Shown: positions 1 to 10,369, counted from the first letter of the stretch. The stretch is 56,385 nt of DNA from an uncultured Bacteroidota bacterium (GCA_937867025.1 CALMKH010000023.1:1-56385); one strand, 5' to 3'. Notes: generated from the letters alone by a model not told the origin. Numbers and translations: made by a program.

Positions 1-166
1 AGGTAAACATTTTTCGGGATATGGAAGATTATCTGCTTGTTAAAGTACAATTCAAAAAGAAGAATATACCCATCATAGACAAAAATGTTTATCTATCAAC
101 AAATAAGTTCAGTATTTCTTTAATAAATAATGTCTTAACCGGCCTTTTGAGACCGCTTCTAATAAC

Positions 167-328
167 TTAAAATGGAACTATCACGATTACTCCGTTTTCA
201 TGTATTTGGCAACCATACCGCCACACCTGAACCATGTAAAGCCCCGGGGCCCATGACCTGATATCGATCTCCAGCCTGCCGGCGCCGGAATGCGATGTTA
301 ATATTTCTGCCTTTAAAAAATCGCCATT
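167..328 (-). pseudogene. Start-less fragment resembling the distal half of a T9SS type A C-terminal domain
   Basis: Manual translation gives NGDFLKAEILTSHSGAGRLEIDIRSWAPGLYMVQVWRYGCQIHENGVIVIVPF*. The IDIxxWxPGxYxV pattern matches the CTD at the end of 20902..23241 (LDLGHWPAGMYFVRV). An in-frame TAA lies immediately upstream (329-331). Confidence 0.35.
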
Positions 329-818
329 TTAAGGCGTCAATGAGACAAGGTAGAAATGAGTGAACACCAAGGGAGTATACATAAAAAAAGGTGGCACTTG
401 GGGCATCACATTCGGAACTGCCATTAACATGAGGCTGAAACGAAAAACTTACCTGAGGCTTGGATTTGATATGCTCCTGATAGATTACAGGCCTCAGGAG
501 TACGAAACCCTGGAAAAGGAATCAGTCAATTTTCCAAACAATAATACACTTTATAAAAAGACATTTAATTCAAATGGGCCTTCTTCCAAACATATAGCGC
601 CTTCCTTCAGCTTTTATAGTACAAATATCACCGCCGGGTTCATGTTTATATTTTAGTGTTCTGCTTTCTGTCCTGCAGTGGTTTGATGCTTTGATATATC
701 TTTTGGCTTTTTAATCAATTGCCTGTCGAATATTATTTAATGGATGTATATCGGCACAAACAAGTGTACAACTTGAACGCAGCCACAAGCAAAACTGTTT
801 TACATAATACTTTAAAAC

Positions 819-1850
819 TTACCGAAAGGGACTGTCCGGAATATAAATATCAAAAGTTGTCCCTATGTTCAATTTGGCCTGGGCCAGAATAATGCCATTG
901 TGACTTTCAACTATCTTCCTGACAATGGCCAGTCCTATACCTGTCCCGGCATATTCTTCCTTTGGGCGAAGCTTTTTAAACATTTCAAAGATATACTCCT
1001 TGAACCGGGACTCGAAACCAATCCCGTTATCTTCGAACGCGATATGACAATACCTCATCTTCGAGTCAATCTTGCCCTTCAGGGACGGATTGTCGGTTTC
1101 CAATTCCTCGCCTGTTTTGATCCTGCTCCTGATGACAAGTACCGGCCGAGTTCCCGGTCTTGCAAACTTTAGTGCGTTGCCTACCAGATTATGCATTAAC
1201 TGGCGAAACTGAAACTGGATAACGAAAGCCATACCCAAGCCTTCAGAATTTATACTGGCCTGTTTTTCCTCAATCATTTCAGAAAATTGTATTTTTATTT
1301 CATCCATTATGGAATTGAGGTCAATACACTTGAATTTCCTGTCAGCAGTATTAATGCGGGAAAAGGCCAGCAAGTCCTCTATAAGTTGTTGCATCAGCGC
1401 CGAAGATGATTGGATTTTTTTGAGGTATATTTTTCCGCTTTCGCTTAAGTTTTCTATTTCCTTTGCCAGCAACCTGTCGGCAAAGTTTCTGATCTTGCGC
1501 AGGGGTTCCTGCAGGTCGTGACTGGAAACATAGGCAAAAGAATGGAGTTCCTTATTTATGATCTCCAGTTCAGTGGCCCGTTTTTCCTTTTCCTGATTCT
1601 GGTACGCAAGTTCCCTGTTGGCAATGATCAATTCAGTGGCAAGCTTTTCCTTTTCCCTGTTCTGAGCGGCGAGTTTCCTGTTTATAATAACCAATTCAGC
1701 CGCGCGTTTTTCCTTTTCTTCATTCTCATAAGCAAGCTCTTTATAAGCAATAACCAATTCATCGGAGCGTTTTTCTGTTCCCTCGTCCTCAAAAGCGAGT
1801 TTACTGTTTAGAGGTTCGGGGTGGCTAATACGTTGTTCTTTAAATTTCAA
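819..1850 (-). CDS. Cytoplasmic sensor histidine kinase (HisKA + HATPase, bacteriophytochrome-type H-box) with N-terminal 21-aa coiled-coil repeats
   Basis: H-box SHDLQEPLRKI, N-box NLVGNALKF, G1 DNGIGF, G2 GTGIGLAIV. No TM segment. The TTG start is uncertain. Confidence 0.9.
   Translation of the reverse strand: MKFKEQRISHPEPLNSKLAFEDEGTEKRSDELVIAYKELAYENEEKEKRAAELVIINRKLAAQNREKEKLATELIIANRELAYQNQEKEKRATELEIINKELHSFAYVSSHDLQEPLRKIRNFADRLLAKEIENLSESGKIYLKKIQSSSALMQQLIEDLLAFSRINTADRKFKCIDLNSIMDEIKIQFSEMIEEKQASINSEGLGMAFVIQFQFRQLMHNLVGNALKFARPGTRPVLVIRSRIKTGEELETDNPSLKGKIDSKMRYCHIAFEDNGIGFESRFKEYIFEMFKKLRPKEEYAGTGIGLAIVRKIVESHNGIILAQAKLNIGTTFDIYIPDSPFR
1548..1799 (-). repeat. Four tandem 21-aa (63-nt) repeats, consensus LAxxNxEKEKRAxELxIxNxE
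   Basis: LAFEDEGTEKRSDELVIAYKE / LAYENEEKEKRAAELVIINRK / LAAQNREKEKLATELIIANRE / LAYQNQEKEKRATELEIINKE. Confidence 0.9.
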
Positions 1851-1976
1851 ACCTGGATTTCTTTTTGCTGATACTTCATCATTCTGAAATATTAAAGGAG
1901 ATTATTTTTCTGCGGGAACAGATGAGAAAAATTCTTGCAGATGTAATCGGGATTACCTGAAATATTCTTGGCAGAA

Positions 1977-1984
1977 CAAAGATA
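1977..1984 (-). promoter_or_regulatory. Candidate Bacteroidota -7 element (TATCTTTG) for the histidine kinase
   Basis: Exact TAnnTTTG match about 130 nt upstream of the CDS. No well-spaced -33 element seen. Confidence 0.45.
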
Positions 1985-2227
1985 AGCATATTTACACCCG
2001 TATCAGCGTCAAAAGCAAATAAAAACCTGCTGTTGACCGTTGAACTACCGGATTTGCCGGTTTTAAGGAGCCCTGGGAACCACAGGTTGTGCGATGCGCA
2101 TGGCGCCCTCTTTTAACAAGAATAGCCAGATATTTGGTTTTATTTCCCCTGGTATAACATCTTGTTCCTGAAAATGAAACGGGCGATTAATACTGAAACT
2201 ATAGCATTTGAGACGATGCCCTGTCAA

Positions 2228-2503
2228 TCAGATCATCAATTCAATGACCAGTGTTTTAATTGACCCGGATCCACTCGAATCAATTTCGATTTGAATCTGT
2301 ATGCCCCGTATTGTAAATCGTTGCTTAAAAACACTTATTTCCTGCCCTATACTTACATATTGTGGTTTGACCGGAAAGCGGATATCCTCCAGTGGATATT
2401 TGGTGGAATTGAAAATTTCTTCCTCGCCTTGCTTCACTATTATTTTAACAAGTTCTATCCCATATGGGATCTTTCCGAAGGGAAAATCGCGATCGAAGCT
2501 CAT
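2228..2503 (-). CDS. Hypothetical protein (91 aa)
   Basis: ATG-start ORF 34 nt downstream of the co-oriented DUF3788 gene, with protein-like composition. No motif recognised. Confidence 0.55.
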   Translation of the reverse strand: MSFDRDFPFGKIPYGIELVKIIVKQGEEEIFNSTKYPLEDIRFPVKPQYVSIGQEISVFKQRFTIRGIQIQIEIDSSGSGSIKTLVIELMI

Positions 2504-2537
2504 GTTTCAAAGATACAAAATTTCTGACAATAACCGT

Positions 2538-2954
2538 TTAACCGGATATTTTGATCTTGATTAATTTCAGGATGTCTTCTACAGGTGTCTGGTCTTTCAC
2601 GTCTATCCGTATACCACGTCCTTCTGCATATGGCCTGGCCTGCTTTAATTCCGTTTTAATGGATTCCGCGATATCGCTTTCCAGGATCTGATCCACAGCT
2701 TTCTGTCCAAATACAAATGCGGCTTTAAAAAAGTTGTCCCTTGGAAGCAAATAAATTATAACCCTCTTCTTATCCTTTATCCTGTAGCTCCATCCATATT
2801 TCTCTCCAGAAAAGTTCCATTCGGAAGTCGCTTGAGGACTGTTCTTCTTAGTGTAGTCTTCAAAGCGTTCCCACATGGGAAATGTCACACCCAGTGCACG
2901 CTTCAGGTCTTGAATGACCGGCATGGTGCCTTTATCGGTAAATATGCTCTTCAT
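2538..2954 (-). CDS. DUF3788 family protein
   Basis: The pattern EWNFSGEKYGWSYRIKDKKRVIIYLLP...FVFG...YAEGRGIRI is characteristic of DUF3788. Confidence 0.8.
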   Translation of the reverse strand: MKSIFTDKGTMPVIQDLKRALGVTFPMWERFEDYTKKNSPQATSEWNFSGEKYGWSYRIKDKKRVIIYLLPRDNFFKAAFVFGQKAVDQILESDIAESIKTELKQARPYAEGRGIRIDVKDQTPVEDILKLIKIKISG

Positions 2955-3077
2955 AATTCCGGCGGTTTATGATCGTCTGCAGCCATACAGATGCTTATGC
3001 CGGTAAAAATCGCAAAATTCCGCAAAAAAACAATACCGGCATGCCGAAATTAGTTACCCGGAGATGCATGCAGTATC

Positions 3078-3551
3078 TCACCTGACTATATAATATACGT
3101 TGGTCTTCCATTTAGCGGGATCAGGCTCCTTCATAGGGTCGGAGAAATATTCCTCAAGCACCCAGGCCTTTTGCAAATGATGATCTTCAACGTATTTATC
3201 CAGTTGGCCATACACTTCCGCCATGTTTTCATAGGGGCCGTAATAGGTGACCATAAGGGCTTTTGACTGCGGAATAGTAATCTTTTCAAATCCAGGCAAG
3301 GCTCCGTACGAGTCTGGGATGACAACAGCGGCGCCTAAGTCTGTTTCCCCTTTCTGTGGATCGACAGAAAAGTAAATGGCAAAAGGAGGATCTGTTGGAT
3401 TGAGGCCTGACTTGTTCAATGTGGAATAAATATCTTTGTAAGCCCCGGCAAAAAACTGGCTTAACTTGTCGAAATGCAATACCGCCCTGCGCATAACAAA
3501 TGTCCTGGCAGTCCAGTCGATCTCTTGAATCTGGTGTATCTTGTTGTTCAT
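3078..3551 (-). CDS. GyrI-like small-molecule-binding domain protein
   Basis: PFAIYF...YYGPYENMAEVY...EEYFSDP...WKTNVYY matches the GyrI-like/AraC effector-binding fold. Confidence 0.85.
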   Translation of the reverse strand: MNNKIHQIQEIDWTARTFVMRRAVLHFDKLSQFFAGAYKDIYSTLNKSGLNPTDPPFAIYFSVDPQKGETDLGAAVVIPDSYGALPGFEKITIPQSKALMVTYYGPYENMAEVYGQLDKYVEDHHLQKAWVLEEYFSDPMKEPDPAKWKTNVYYIVR

Positions 3552-3738
3552 AATACCAGCAAATATGCAATGGAAAAAATCCGGTTGTTGTGCCGGATAT
3601 CATGCCATACCCTGAATATTGTCATGCGTCAGGACGGTATGAATGTGCTGGCAGGCAATACATGAAAGCATACCCTTGAGACATTTGAAGGATCAGTCTT
3701 TTTTTCCACATGTCTTGGAAATGCGCAGGCTCCTCCTA

Positions 3739-3746
3739 TACTTTTG
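3739..3746 (+). promoter_or_regulatory. Candidate -7 element (TACTTTTG) for the two-component operon
   Basis: Exact TAnnTTTG match about 80 nt upstream of the kinase start. Confidence 0.5.
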
Positions 3747-3824
3747 GCGGCAGGGTGGAGGGAAGGGGCGGGAATGTCATCCATACGAAGCTTAATAAAT
3801 CATCTCCTGCCATACTGAAAATTA

Positions 3825-6758
3825 ATGGTTAACCGGTTCAATAACTTAAGAAGAGAGCTGTTGTTTTGCAGGGTTTTCACCATACTTTGCAGCCTGATGT
3901 ACACGGTCGCCACGTTTGCATTGTCGCCAAATGTGAACTGGTATTCAGTCAATGAAGGCTTGTCGCAGAGCATGGTCACCTGCTTTTATAAGGACAGGAA
4001 GGGCCTGATGTGGATAGGCACGGGCGATGGGCTAAACAGTTTTGATGGCAGGAACTTTGTAAAGTACAGGAAGAATCTTCCCAATTCACAAGGGCTTCAG
4101 AACAGCACCATTCGGCAGATAACGGAGGATGAACAGGGGAGGCTATGGGTGGCCACAGATCACGAGGTTTACATATTCGATCCGGCAAAGGGTGTGTTTA
4201 GTGAACAGCTTAATACCGGTACAGGTCTGGGAGGCTGGCGAATACTGGATTTTAAGCGTGGCGTTGCCACGATATTCTCAGCAGGCAGCGGTGTCTTTCA
4301 TTACCATCCTGAGCGCAGGTTCCTCGATACTTTCGGGATGGCCAGGGACCGCATGCGACACAATTATCATGTGGTTCCGCTTTCCGATAAGGTTATGATA
4401 CTGGCAGGGTCTGAGGGCATATCGAAAGCCACCTTCGAGGGCAACCGGCTGACCGGCGTTGACATGCTTGTTTCAGGGGATTTCCATGCTATTGAACGGT
4501 TTGGAGGCAGTATAGTTTCGGCCTGCAGAGACAAGCTGGTCATGATCGACAGCCATCTGAATGTGTCGGTTATTCCCATCCGCTTGCAGGATGATGTCTA
4601 CAGTGTTATCCAATACAGGGGTCAACTCCTGGCAGGTACAGCCAAAGCATTATTCAGGATCAATCCCGTAACAGGCCAAACCGATAAACTGAATATCGGA
4701 AACAGGGAGCAACTGGTAAAAGTACTTTGGTCGGATATGCACAACTTGTGGATTGGGACGGATGGGGCGGGTTTCGGGATATGGTCGTCCCAAAGGAATA
4801 AATTCGTGTATTTTGATCTGAAAGAAGGGAGTGAAGACAAGCCCAACTCGGTATTCGGGATTGTAGCGACTAAAAAATATATATGGCATTTCGTACAAAA
4901 CAGGGGTGTGGTTTTGACCGATTATGAAGGCAGGATCATTACCGAACTGAAGGGCCCTGAAAATTGTTTTGCCGGCCGGTTCCTCTGCATGAGAAAGTCG
5001 GGAAACACGGTATATATAGGTTCAGCCTGCGGTTTGTATGAAGTAGATGAGAATGGCCTGTCACCCCGGAAACTTACGCGCTTCCGGGATACTGTCCTCG
5101 ATGTGGTGCGCAGTGGCGGGCGACTATACACATTCGGGTACGGGATAAAGGAATACAATGTCCATGGAACTGAGCTCGTGTACCGTAACAGTTACAATCA
5201 CAATTCCGTCAGTGCCACAATGATCAAGTGTGCCGTGAGCCACAATCAAATGATCTGGGGTACTGACGGCCTTCTTGTGTTCAGCTTTAATGAAAACGAC
5301 CGCAGGTTAACAGAGTTTCGTTTCGGAAACAATTTCCCGAGGATAATTTCAGTGGTTGTTACACCTAAAAATGAGCTGGCCCTGGCCACATATAACGGTG
5401 TGTATGTGTATGACATGAATGAGCTGCATAAAAACACTCCCAGGCATGTCTTAAAGGGAGAAATGATCTATGGCATGGTGGCAAGCGGCAACAGGCTCTG
5501 GTGTTCAAGCAATTCCGGTATTTATGTGCTGGACGGCAACTACCGCGTTGACAGGCATTTTATGCTGGCGGATGGATTGCAGTCGCTCGAATTCAATTCA
5601 AAGGGATACGATAAAACGAACGAGGGCCTGATCTTTTTCGGAGGCATCAACGGCACCAACATGGTGCATGAGGACGAATTGAAGGAAAATACCGCTGTTC
5701 CGAGACTCATGATCAACAGCGTGTCCGTAAATGAGCAGGAAGTCGTTGCATCCTCCTATGCATCCACCTTAAAGCTCAGGTATGACGACAACGTTTTTTC
5801 AGCCAGGATCACTGCCCTTGAATATGCCATACCTGAACGCGTAAGATACCAGTATAAGCTCGAGGGTTGGGATAAGACCTGGAGCAACCCGAGCGCAGGC
5901 GGTTATGTGCGCTACACCGGCACAAGGCCAGGGAATTACAGCCTGTATGCAAGGGCCTGCAACGGGGATGGCATCTGGGGCCAACCGGTGCTTCTCTTTC
6001 ATGTACATGTCGTGCCTCCATGGTGGGCTACCTGGTGGTTCCGGATAACGGGACTGACTATATTTATCCTGATAGGCGGTCTCGCGGTCAGGTATATTGC
6101 AAGGAGAAAGCTGAAGCAACAACTGGCAGTTCTGGAAAAAGGGCAAATGCTGGAAGCTGAAAGAAGCCGCATATCGCGCGACATGCATGATGACCTCGGT
6201 GTAGAGCTCACCAAAATCAACCTCCTGAGCAAACATGTGCTGATGAAAGAGAAGGACAGGACTGAAAATATCCGGAAAATTGCAGACACTTCAGATACGC
6301 TGATTCAGAACATGCGCGAGATCATCTGGGCCCTGAACACCAATAACGACACCCTGGCCATCACGGCTGCCTATCTGCATGAATATGCCCTTAACCTGCT
6401 TGAAGAGCACCCTGTTCAACTGCAATTTGAGACACAAATGCAGAATGAGGATATGATACTGGGAGCCACCACTCGAAGAAACCTCTTTCTTATTTATAAG
6501 GAAGCACTCAATAACATCCTGAAACATTCCGGGGCGACACAGGTAATGGTTAAGATTGTGGGGGACCAGCATTCCGTAACGCTCAGCATAGAGGATAACG
6601 GCAGGGGGTTCAATACGCATGAACGCAGGCAGGATGCCAACGGCCTCCTGAATATGCAGACCAGGGCAAGGGAAATAAACGCGCGGATGGAAATTAAGTC
6701 TGTTCCCGGCGCAGGGACTTCATTACGACTGCACCTGGCAACGCCCGGTACATCATAA
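3825..6758 (+). CDS. Membrane sensor histidine kinase: periplasmic beta-propeller (Reg_prop) + Y_Y_Y + TM + HisKA_3/HATPase
   Basis: EGLSQSMV..D..G.MWIGT.DGL propeller repeats, DGLQSLEFN, YQYKLEGWD (Y_Y_Y), PPWWATWWF before the TM helix, ERSRISRDMHDDLG, KEALNNILKHS, DNGRGF. Confidence 0.93.
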   Translation: MVNRFNNLRRELLFCRVFTILCSLMYTVATFALSPNVNWYSVNEGLSQSMVTCFYKDRKGLMWIGTGDGLNSFDGRNFVKYRKNLPNSQGLQNSTIRQITEDEQGRLWVATDHEVYIFDPAKGVFSEQLNTGTGLGGWRILDFKRGVATIFSAGSGVFHYHPERRFLDTFGMARDRMRHNYHVVPLSDKVMILAGSEGISKATFEGNRLTGVDMLVSGDFHAIERFGGSIVSACRDKLVMIDSHLNVSVIPIRLQDDVYSVIQYRGQLLAGTAKALFRINPVTGQTDKLNIGNREQLVKVLWSDMHNLWIGTDGAGFGIWSSQRNKFVYFDLKEGSEDKPNSVFGIVATKKYIWHFVQNRGVVLTDYEGRIITELKGPENCFAGRFLCMRKSGNTVYIGSACGLYEVDENGLSPRKLTRFRDTVLDVVRSGGRLYTFGYGIKEYNVHGTELVYRNSYNHNSVSATMIKCAVSHNQMIWGTDGLLVFSFNENDRRLTEFRFGNNFPRIISVVVTPKNELALATYNGVYVYDMNELHKNTPRHVLKGEMIYGMVASGNRLWCSSNSGIYVLDGNYRVDRHFMLADGLQSLEFNSKGYDKTNEGLIFFGGINGTNMVHEDELKENTAVPRLMINSVSVNEQEVVASSYASTLKLRYDDNVFSARITALEYAIPERVRYQYKLEGWDKTWSNPSAGGYVRYTGTRPGNYSLYARACNGDGIWGQPVLLFHVHVVPPWWATWWFRITGLTIFILIGGLAVRYIARRKLKQQLAVLEKGQMLEAERSRISRDMHDDLGVELTKINLLSKHVLMKEKDRTENIRKIADTSDTLIQNMREIIWALNTNNDTLAITAAYLHEYALNLLEEHPVQLQFETQMQNEDMILGATTRRNLFLIYKEALNNILKHSGATQVMVKIVGDQHSVTLSIEDNGRGFNTHERRQDANGLLNMQTRAREINARMEIKSVPGAGTSLRLHLATPGTS

Positions 6759-6773
6759 TGTTATTGAAGGATT

Positions 6774-7424
6774 ATGAATAAAGACGGAACATTGCATAGT
6801 ATGATCAAGGTGGTGATTGTTGAAGACGACCCTCAGCTCAACGGGCAGTTGTGCGATATTGTCAAAGATATGCAGGACGGGGTTTTCCTCAGGAGTTTTA
6901 CAAATGCGGAGGATGCGCTCATCACCTTGCCTGAATTGCAGGCCGACGTGGTCGTGATGGATATCAATCTGCCCGGCATTTCCGGGATAGAATGCACACG
7001 TTCGCTTAAGGAAATACTGCCTTCTTTACAGGTTTTGATGTGCAGTGTATACGATGATGACGACCGTTTGTTTGAATCCCTGAGGGCAGGCGCCACAGGT
7101 TACCTCCTGAAATCGGAGGTGCTGGAAAAGCTTGCGGATGCCGTCAGGATGCTGATGCTTGGAGGTTCTCCCATGAGTCCGGGCATTGCCAGAAGGGTTA
7201 TCAGTTTCCTGCAGCAACCGCCCCGGCCTACGAGGCATATCGAATTGCTGACCACCAGGGAAAAGGAAATACTCGACTGGCTGAGCAAGGGTTATCGTTA
7301 CAAGGAAATAGCGTCAGGCTTGAGCCTTTCCATAGACACCATAAGAAAACACGTGCGGAATATTTATTACAAGCTGCAGGTGCAAAGCCGCACCGATGCA
7401 CTGAACAAGATATTTCCGAAATAA
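6774..7424 (+). CDS. NarL/LuxR family response regulator
   Basis: Receiver domain (VEDD, MDINLPG, GYLLK) plus LuxR HTH (LTTREKEIL...GYRYKEIA...IYYKLQV). Lies 15 nt after the kinase. The start may be the ATG at 6801. Confidence 0.95.
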   Translation: MNKDGTLHSMIKVVIVEDDPQLNGQLCDIVKDMQDGVFLRSFTNAEDALITLPELQADVVVMDINLPGISGIECTRSLKEILPSLQVLMCSVYDDDDRLFESLRAGATGYLLKSEVLEKLADAVRMLMLGGSPMSPGIARRVISFLQQPPRPTRHIELLTTREKEILDWLSKGYRYKEIASGLSLSIDTIRKHVRNIYYKLQVQSRTDALNKIFPK

Positions 7425-7753
7425 GTCAGACACGGAGGGCAATGTCCTGGCATCAGCGGGCTACAAGGCAAATCCGGCCGGCATTCTGAATTCTTTAGCA
7501 TCGGTGTACCCGAACCTGTATGTTGTGTATTTCGCACCGATCACGTCATATGGCGAATAAAGTGGCCGCAGCCGGGTTCAAATAACGCATACGGATGCCA
7601 GGCATTCAATTACGTGAAAGTATTATTATGGAATGGAAACTGCATCAGCAGGTTTAAAATTCGTAATGTAAAATAAAACATTTACAAATAAATCAGCAGA
7701 AACACGTATTTTTCAATGCAGAAAAGTGTTATGACAAGGCAAAAAAAGCTTGT

Positions 7754-9103
7754 TCAGATAATAAACCTGTTGTATGCCCCGTAATCATTCACAACCCTGC
7801 CTTTGCGAAAACTCAGCAATATCAGGATCAGGCCGCACAGTATTTCGTTCACAAGCGAAACAAATGACGGGAATCCAAGGGCAATGGGAGCTATGATGAT
7901 CCATGCGCCCAAAACGATATTGAAAAACCTGGCAGCCCTGGATACTTCACCCATCGCTATGACTGAAAATGTGATGATAAGGGCTCCGGCGGTGTGATCG
8001 CTGTCGGCAAGGGCGTTGTTGTAACCTAGCGCGGCAGGAGAAAGCATAAGCCAGATCCCGGCCAGGGATGTCACCACGAGATTCCAGGGAATGGACATGC
8101 CCGAAAAAATATTCCTGAAAATTGTTCCGGGCGGCATGACGGCTTCTTCCTTTTGGGGCTCTGCACCGGGGATGGAGCCTCCGTGCCAGAAAGCCTGCCA
8201 GAAAGGCTGTCCGCTCTTTTTGCTCTGCTTAAGGAACATGACAGAGGCGATCACTTCATCAAATGCGCAGGGTATCATGACCAGCATGGCTATTGCGGTC
8301 AGAAGACACATAAAACACCAGGCACCCACGACAGTAGGCTGAAGGATGATAAGCGTGATGCTGACGGCCCCCAGGGGTATGATCAGTATGCCAAAGAGAA
8401 TGACCGCCCAGGGCATTGTCCTCCAACGGTTGACACCTCCGATATAGCCCATCATGGCATCGAGCATATACGAAAACGCCCCAAGGCCTGCATCCGATAC
8501 GGGAAACGATTTGGAGATGTCGGAATCCAGTACATTATGCGTTCCCTGACCGAACAGGGGATCCCAAACCGCATCAATATATCCGAGCTGGTAAGCAGCC
8601 AGGTATGATGAGGCAAAAAAACCGAACCAGCCTAAACAGATGATGGGTATTCGCTGCTCCCAGGAGGAAGGGTTGACGTTCCAGCCGGGGGGAATATCCG
8701 GTCCTTCCGCTTCATGGAGTTTTGCTCCGGGAACCCCGGGAGTAATGATGGAAAATGTCATCACCAGTATGCCGACCAGCATGTCATTCTGATAAGTGGA
8801 AAGCTGCGGCGCCCAAAGCATCACCGGAGCGATGTTCAGCCACAGGCCGGTGAATGCAAGGACCCATGGGGCCCATAAGCGCGTGGGATTCAATGCCAAT
8901 AAGCTGAACACGCAGATAAGCAGGCCGCATGCCAGGTCGTTCAGTTCGGGTTTGCCGAATGTGCTGCTGAAAATCAAGGAACCGGCGGCCAGCCACATGC
9001 CGAGAAAAAAATTGGCGGAATACATCCAGGCGATTTTCCTGTGATGACTGTTATGCGCCTGTATCCTTTCCGGGCTTATGGCATATGTGTACTGTCCGTT
9101 CAC
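7754..9103 (-). CDS. Vitamin K epoxide reductase (VKOR) family membrane protein with SPW repeats
   Basis: CxxC motif WCFMCL, PPGWNVNPSSW, YQLG..WDP, DAGLGA. G.WL..(S/A)P-type SPW repeats lie at both ends. Confidence 0.85.
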   Translation of the reverse strand: MNGQYTYAISPERIQAHNSHHRKIAWMYSANFFLGMWLAAGSLIFSSTFGKPELNDLACGLLICVFSLLALNPTRLWAPWVLAFTGLWLNIAPVMLWAPQLSTYQNDMLVGILVMTFSIITPGVPGAKLHEAEGPDIPPGWNVNPSSWEQRIPIICLGWFGFFASSYLAAYQLGYIDAVWDPLFGQGTHNVLDSDISKSFPVSDAGLGAFSYMLDAMMGYIGGVNRWRTMPWAVILFGILIIPLGAVSITLIILQPTVVGAWCFMCLLTAIAMLVMIPCAFDEVIASVMFLKQSKKSGQPFWQAFWHGGSIPGAEPQKEEAVMPPGTIFRNIFSGMSIPWNLVVTSLAGIWLMLSPAALGYNNALADSDHTAGALIITFSVIAMGEVSRAARFFNIVLGAWIIIAPIALGFPSFVSLVNEILCGLILILLSFRKGRVVNDYGAYNRFII

Positions 9104-9104
9104 C

Positions 9105-10190
9105 CTATTTCAGTTTGTTAACTTTTAACCAGGCTTCCGGATCTTTTTTGAGCGAAGCTATGATTTTAGGGAGCGTCTGTTTCAATGAATGTTTAGGCTC
9201 CCAGCCGAGCAGCTCCCTGGCTTTGCTGATATCAATCTCCATATGGTCGTCTGTCAGGTCTATCATCCAGGGTTTGATAAAGTTTTTGCCAAACAGGTTC
9301 TGAATCCAGGCGCCTATCTTCGCCATCAGCTTGGGGATTTTATAGGTCTTCCATTTCCTGTTATGCAACAGCATGCCTATTTCGTTTTGAAGATAACCAT
9401 AGGAAAGGGTCACATCTTCGCCAATATTTATGACGGTTTCATGGGGAAGCTGTTTGCGTTTTTTTATAGCCAGTTCTATGGCTTCCACAAGGTCGTCAAG
9501 ATGTACAAATGGATTGCCGTATGATAGATTTCCAGGATAAAAATGGCTGCTAATCTGCTTTTCGTATATGCGCTGGATGTGATTGGTGATAGGGATGGAA
9601 TGCCCCTCGTCATTGTAAACGCCGGCTATTCTCAGGATGACCACCGGAATGTCTTCGTTTTCGGCCTGTATCACTTTCTGGGCTTTCACCTTTGACTCTG
9701 GGTAGTCCCATTTCGGCAACAAGGGTGACTCCTCTGTTATTTTGTGCTGTGGAGGCTGAGGGGCATATACCAGCAGGCTGCTTGAGAAGATAAACTGCTC
9801 AACCTTCAGGTCTTTGTGCTTCAAAGCTTCAATAAGCCTTTCGGAACCCTTAACAGTTATCTCGTCGTACAGGTCGCTTGGCCTCCCTTCAAAATCGTAG
9901 TACGCAGCCAGGTGAACCACCGAGGCTATCCTTGAACCGAAGTCGCTTTTGATCCTGGCAATGACAGAATGAACGTCTTCTTCTGAAGCCAGGTCCATCT
10001 TGTAAGATTTCAGCGGATCGGGATCATTAGATGCCGGTTCGCGGTCGAGGCTCAATACGCCATAATTCCGGGCAAGGCGATCCACCACAGCCTTTCCGAT
10101 AAGGCCGGTGCCTCCTGTGACGAGGATAAGTTCCCTTGCAGAGTCCCTGTCAGGACCTGCAGGCTGCGCCGCATAGTTAGATTCAGGCAT
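9105..10190 (-). CDS. NAD-dependent epimerase/dehydratase (extended SDR)
   Basis: TGGTGLIG Rossmann motif, HLAAYYDF, YPESK (YxxxK). Confidence 0.9.
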   Translation of the reverse strand: MPESNYAAQPAGPDRDSARELILVTGGTGLIGKAVVDRLARNYGVLSLDREPASNDPDPLKSYKMDLASEEDVHSVIARIKSDFGSRIASVVHLAAYYDFEGRPSDLYDEITVKGSERLIEALKHKDLKVEQFIFSSSLLVYAPQPPQHKITEESPLLPKWDYPESKVKAQKVIQAENEDIPVVILRIAGVYNDEGHSIPITNHIQRIYEKQISSHFYPGNLSYGNPFVHLDDLVEAIELAIKKRKQLPHETVINIGEDVTLSYGYLQNEIGMLLHNRKWKTYKIPKLMAKIGAWIQNLFGKNFIKPWMIDLTDDHMEIDISKARELLGWEPKHSLKQTLPKIIASLKKDPEAWLKVNKLK

Positions 10191-10369
10191 TCTTTGGTGT
10201 TATCTTACAAAATTCATTCTTTCCCTGCCATAAAATCTTGCGGCTAAATCACAATATGTTGCATGATTTCCAGTAAAGATTTCACGGAGTGTATGACGAA
10301 AGTGAAGGTGCGGGATATTCCTTTCAGGAATCAAACGGATATGTGTCGATGATTTTACAGGTTGCAGCC

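Noticed and set aside
3-170. Open plus-strand frame from the window edge to TAA 168-170
   Set aside because: Could be the tail of an upstream gene, but it is too short and motif-free to call.
360-656. 98-aa plus-strand ORF with GTG start
   Set aside because: No recognisable motif or promoter, in AT-rich and probably decayed DNA. Not supportable.
3825-7424. Large propeller kinase + NarL pair as a novelty
   Set aside because: A common Bacteroidota architecture. Nothing unusual seen.
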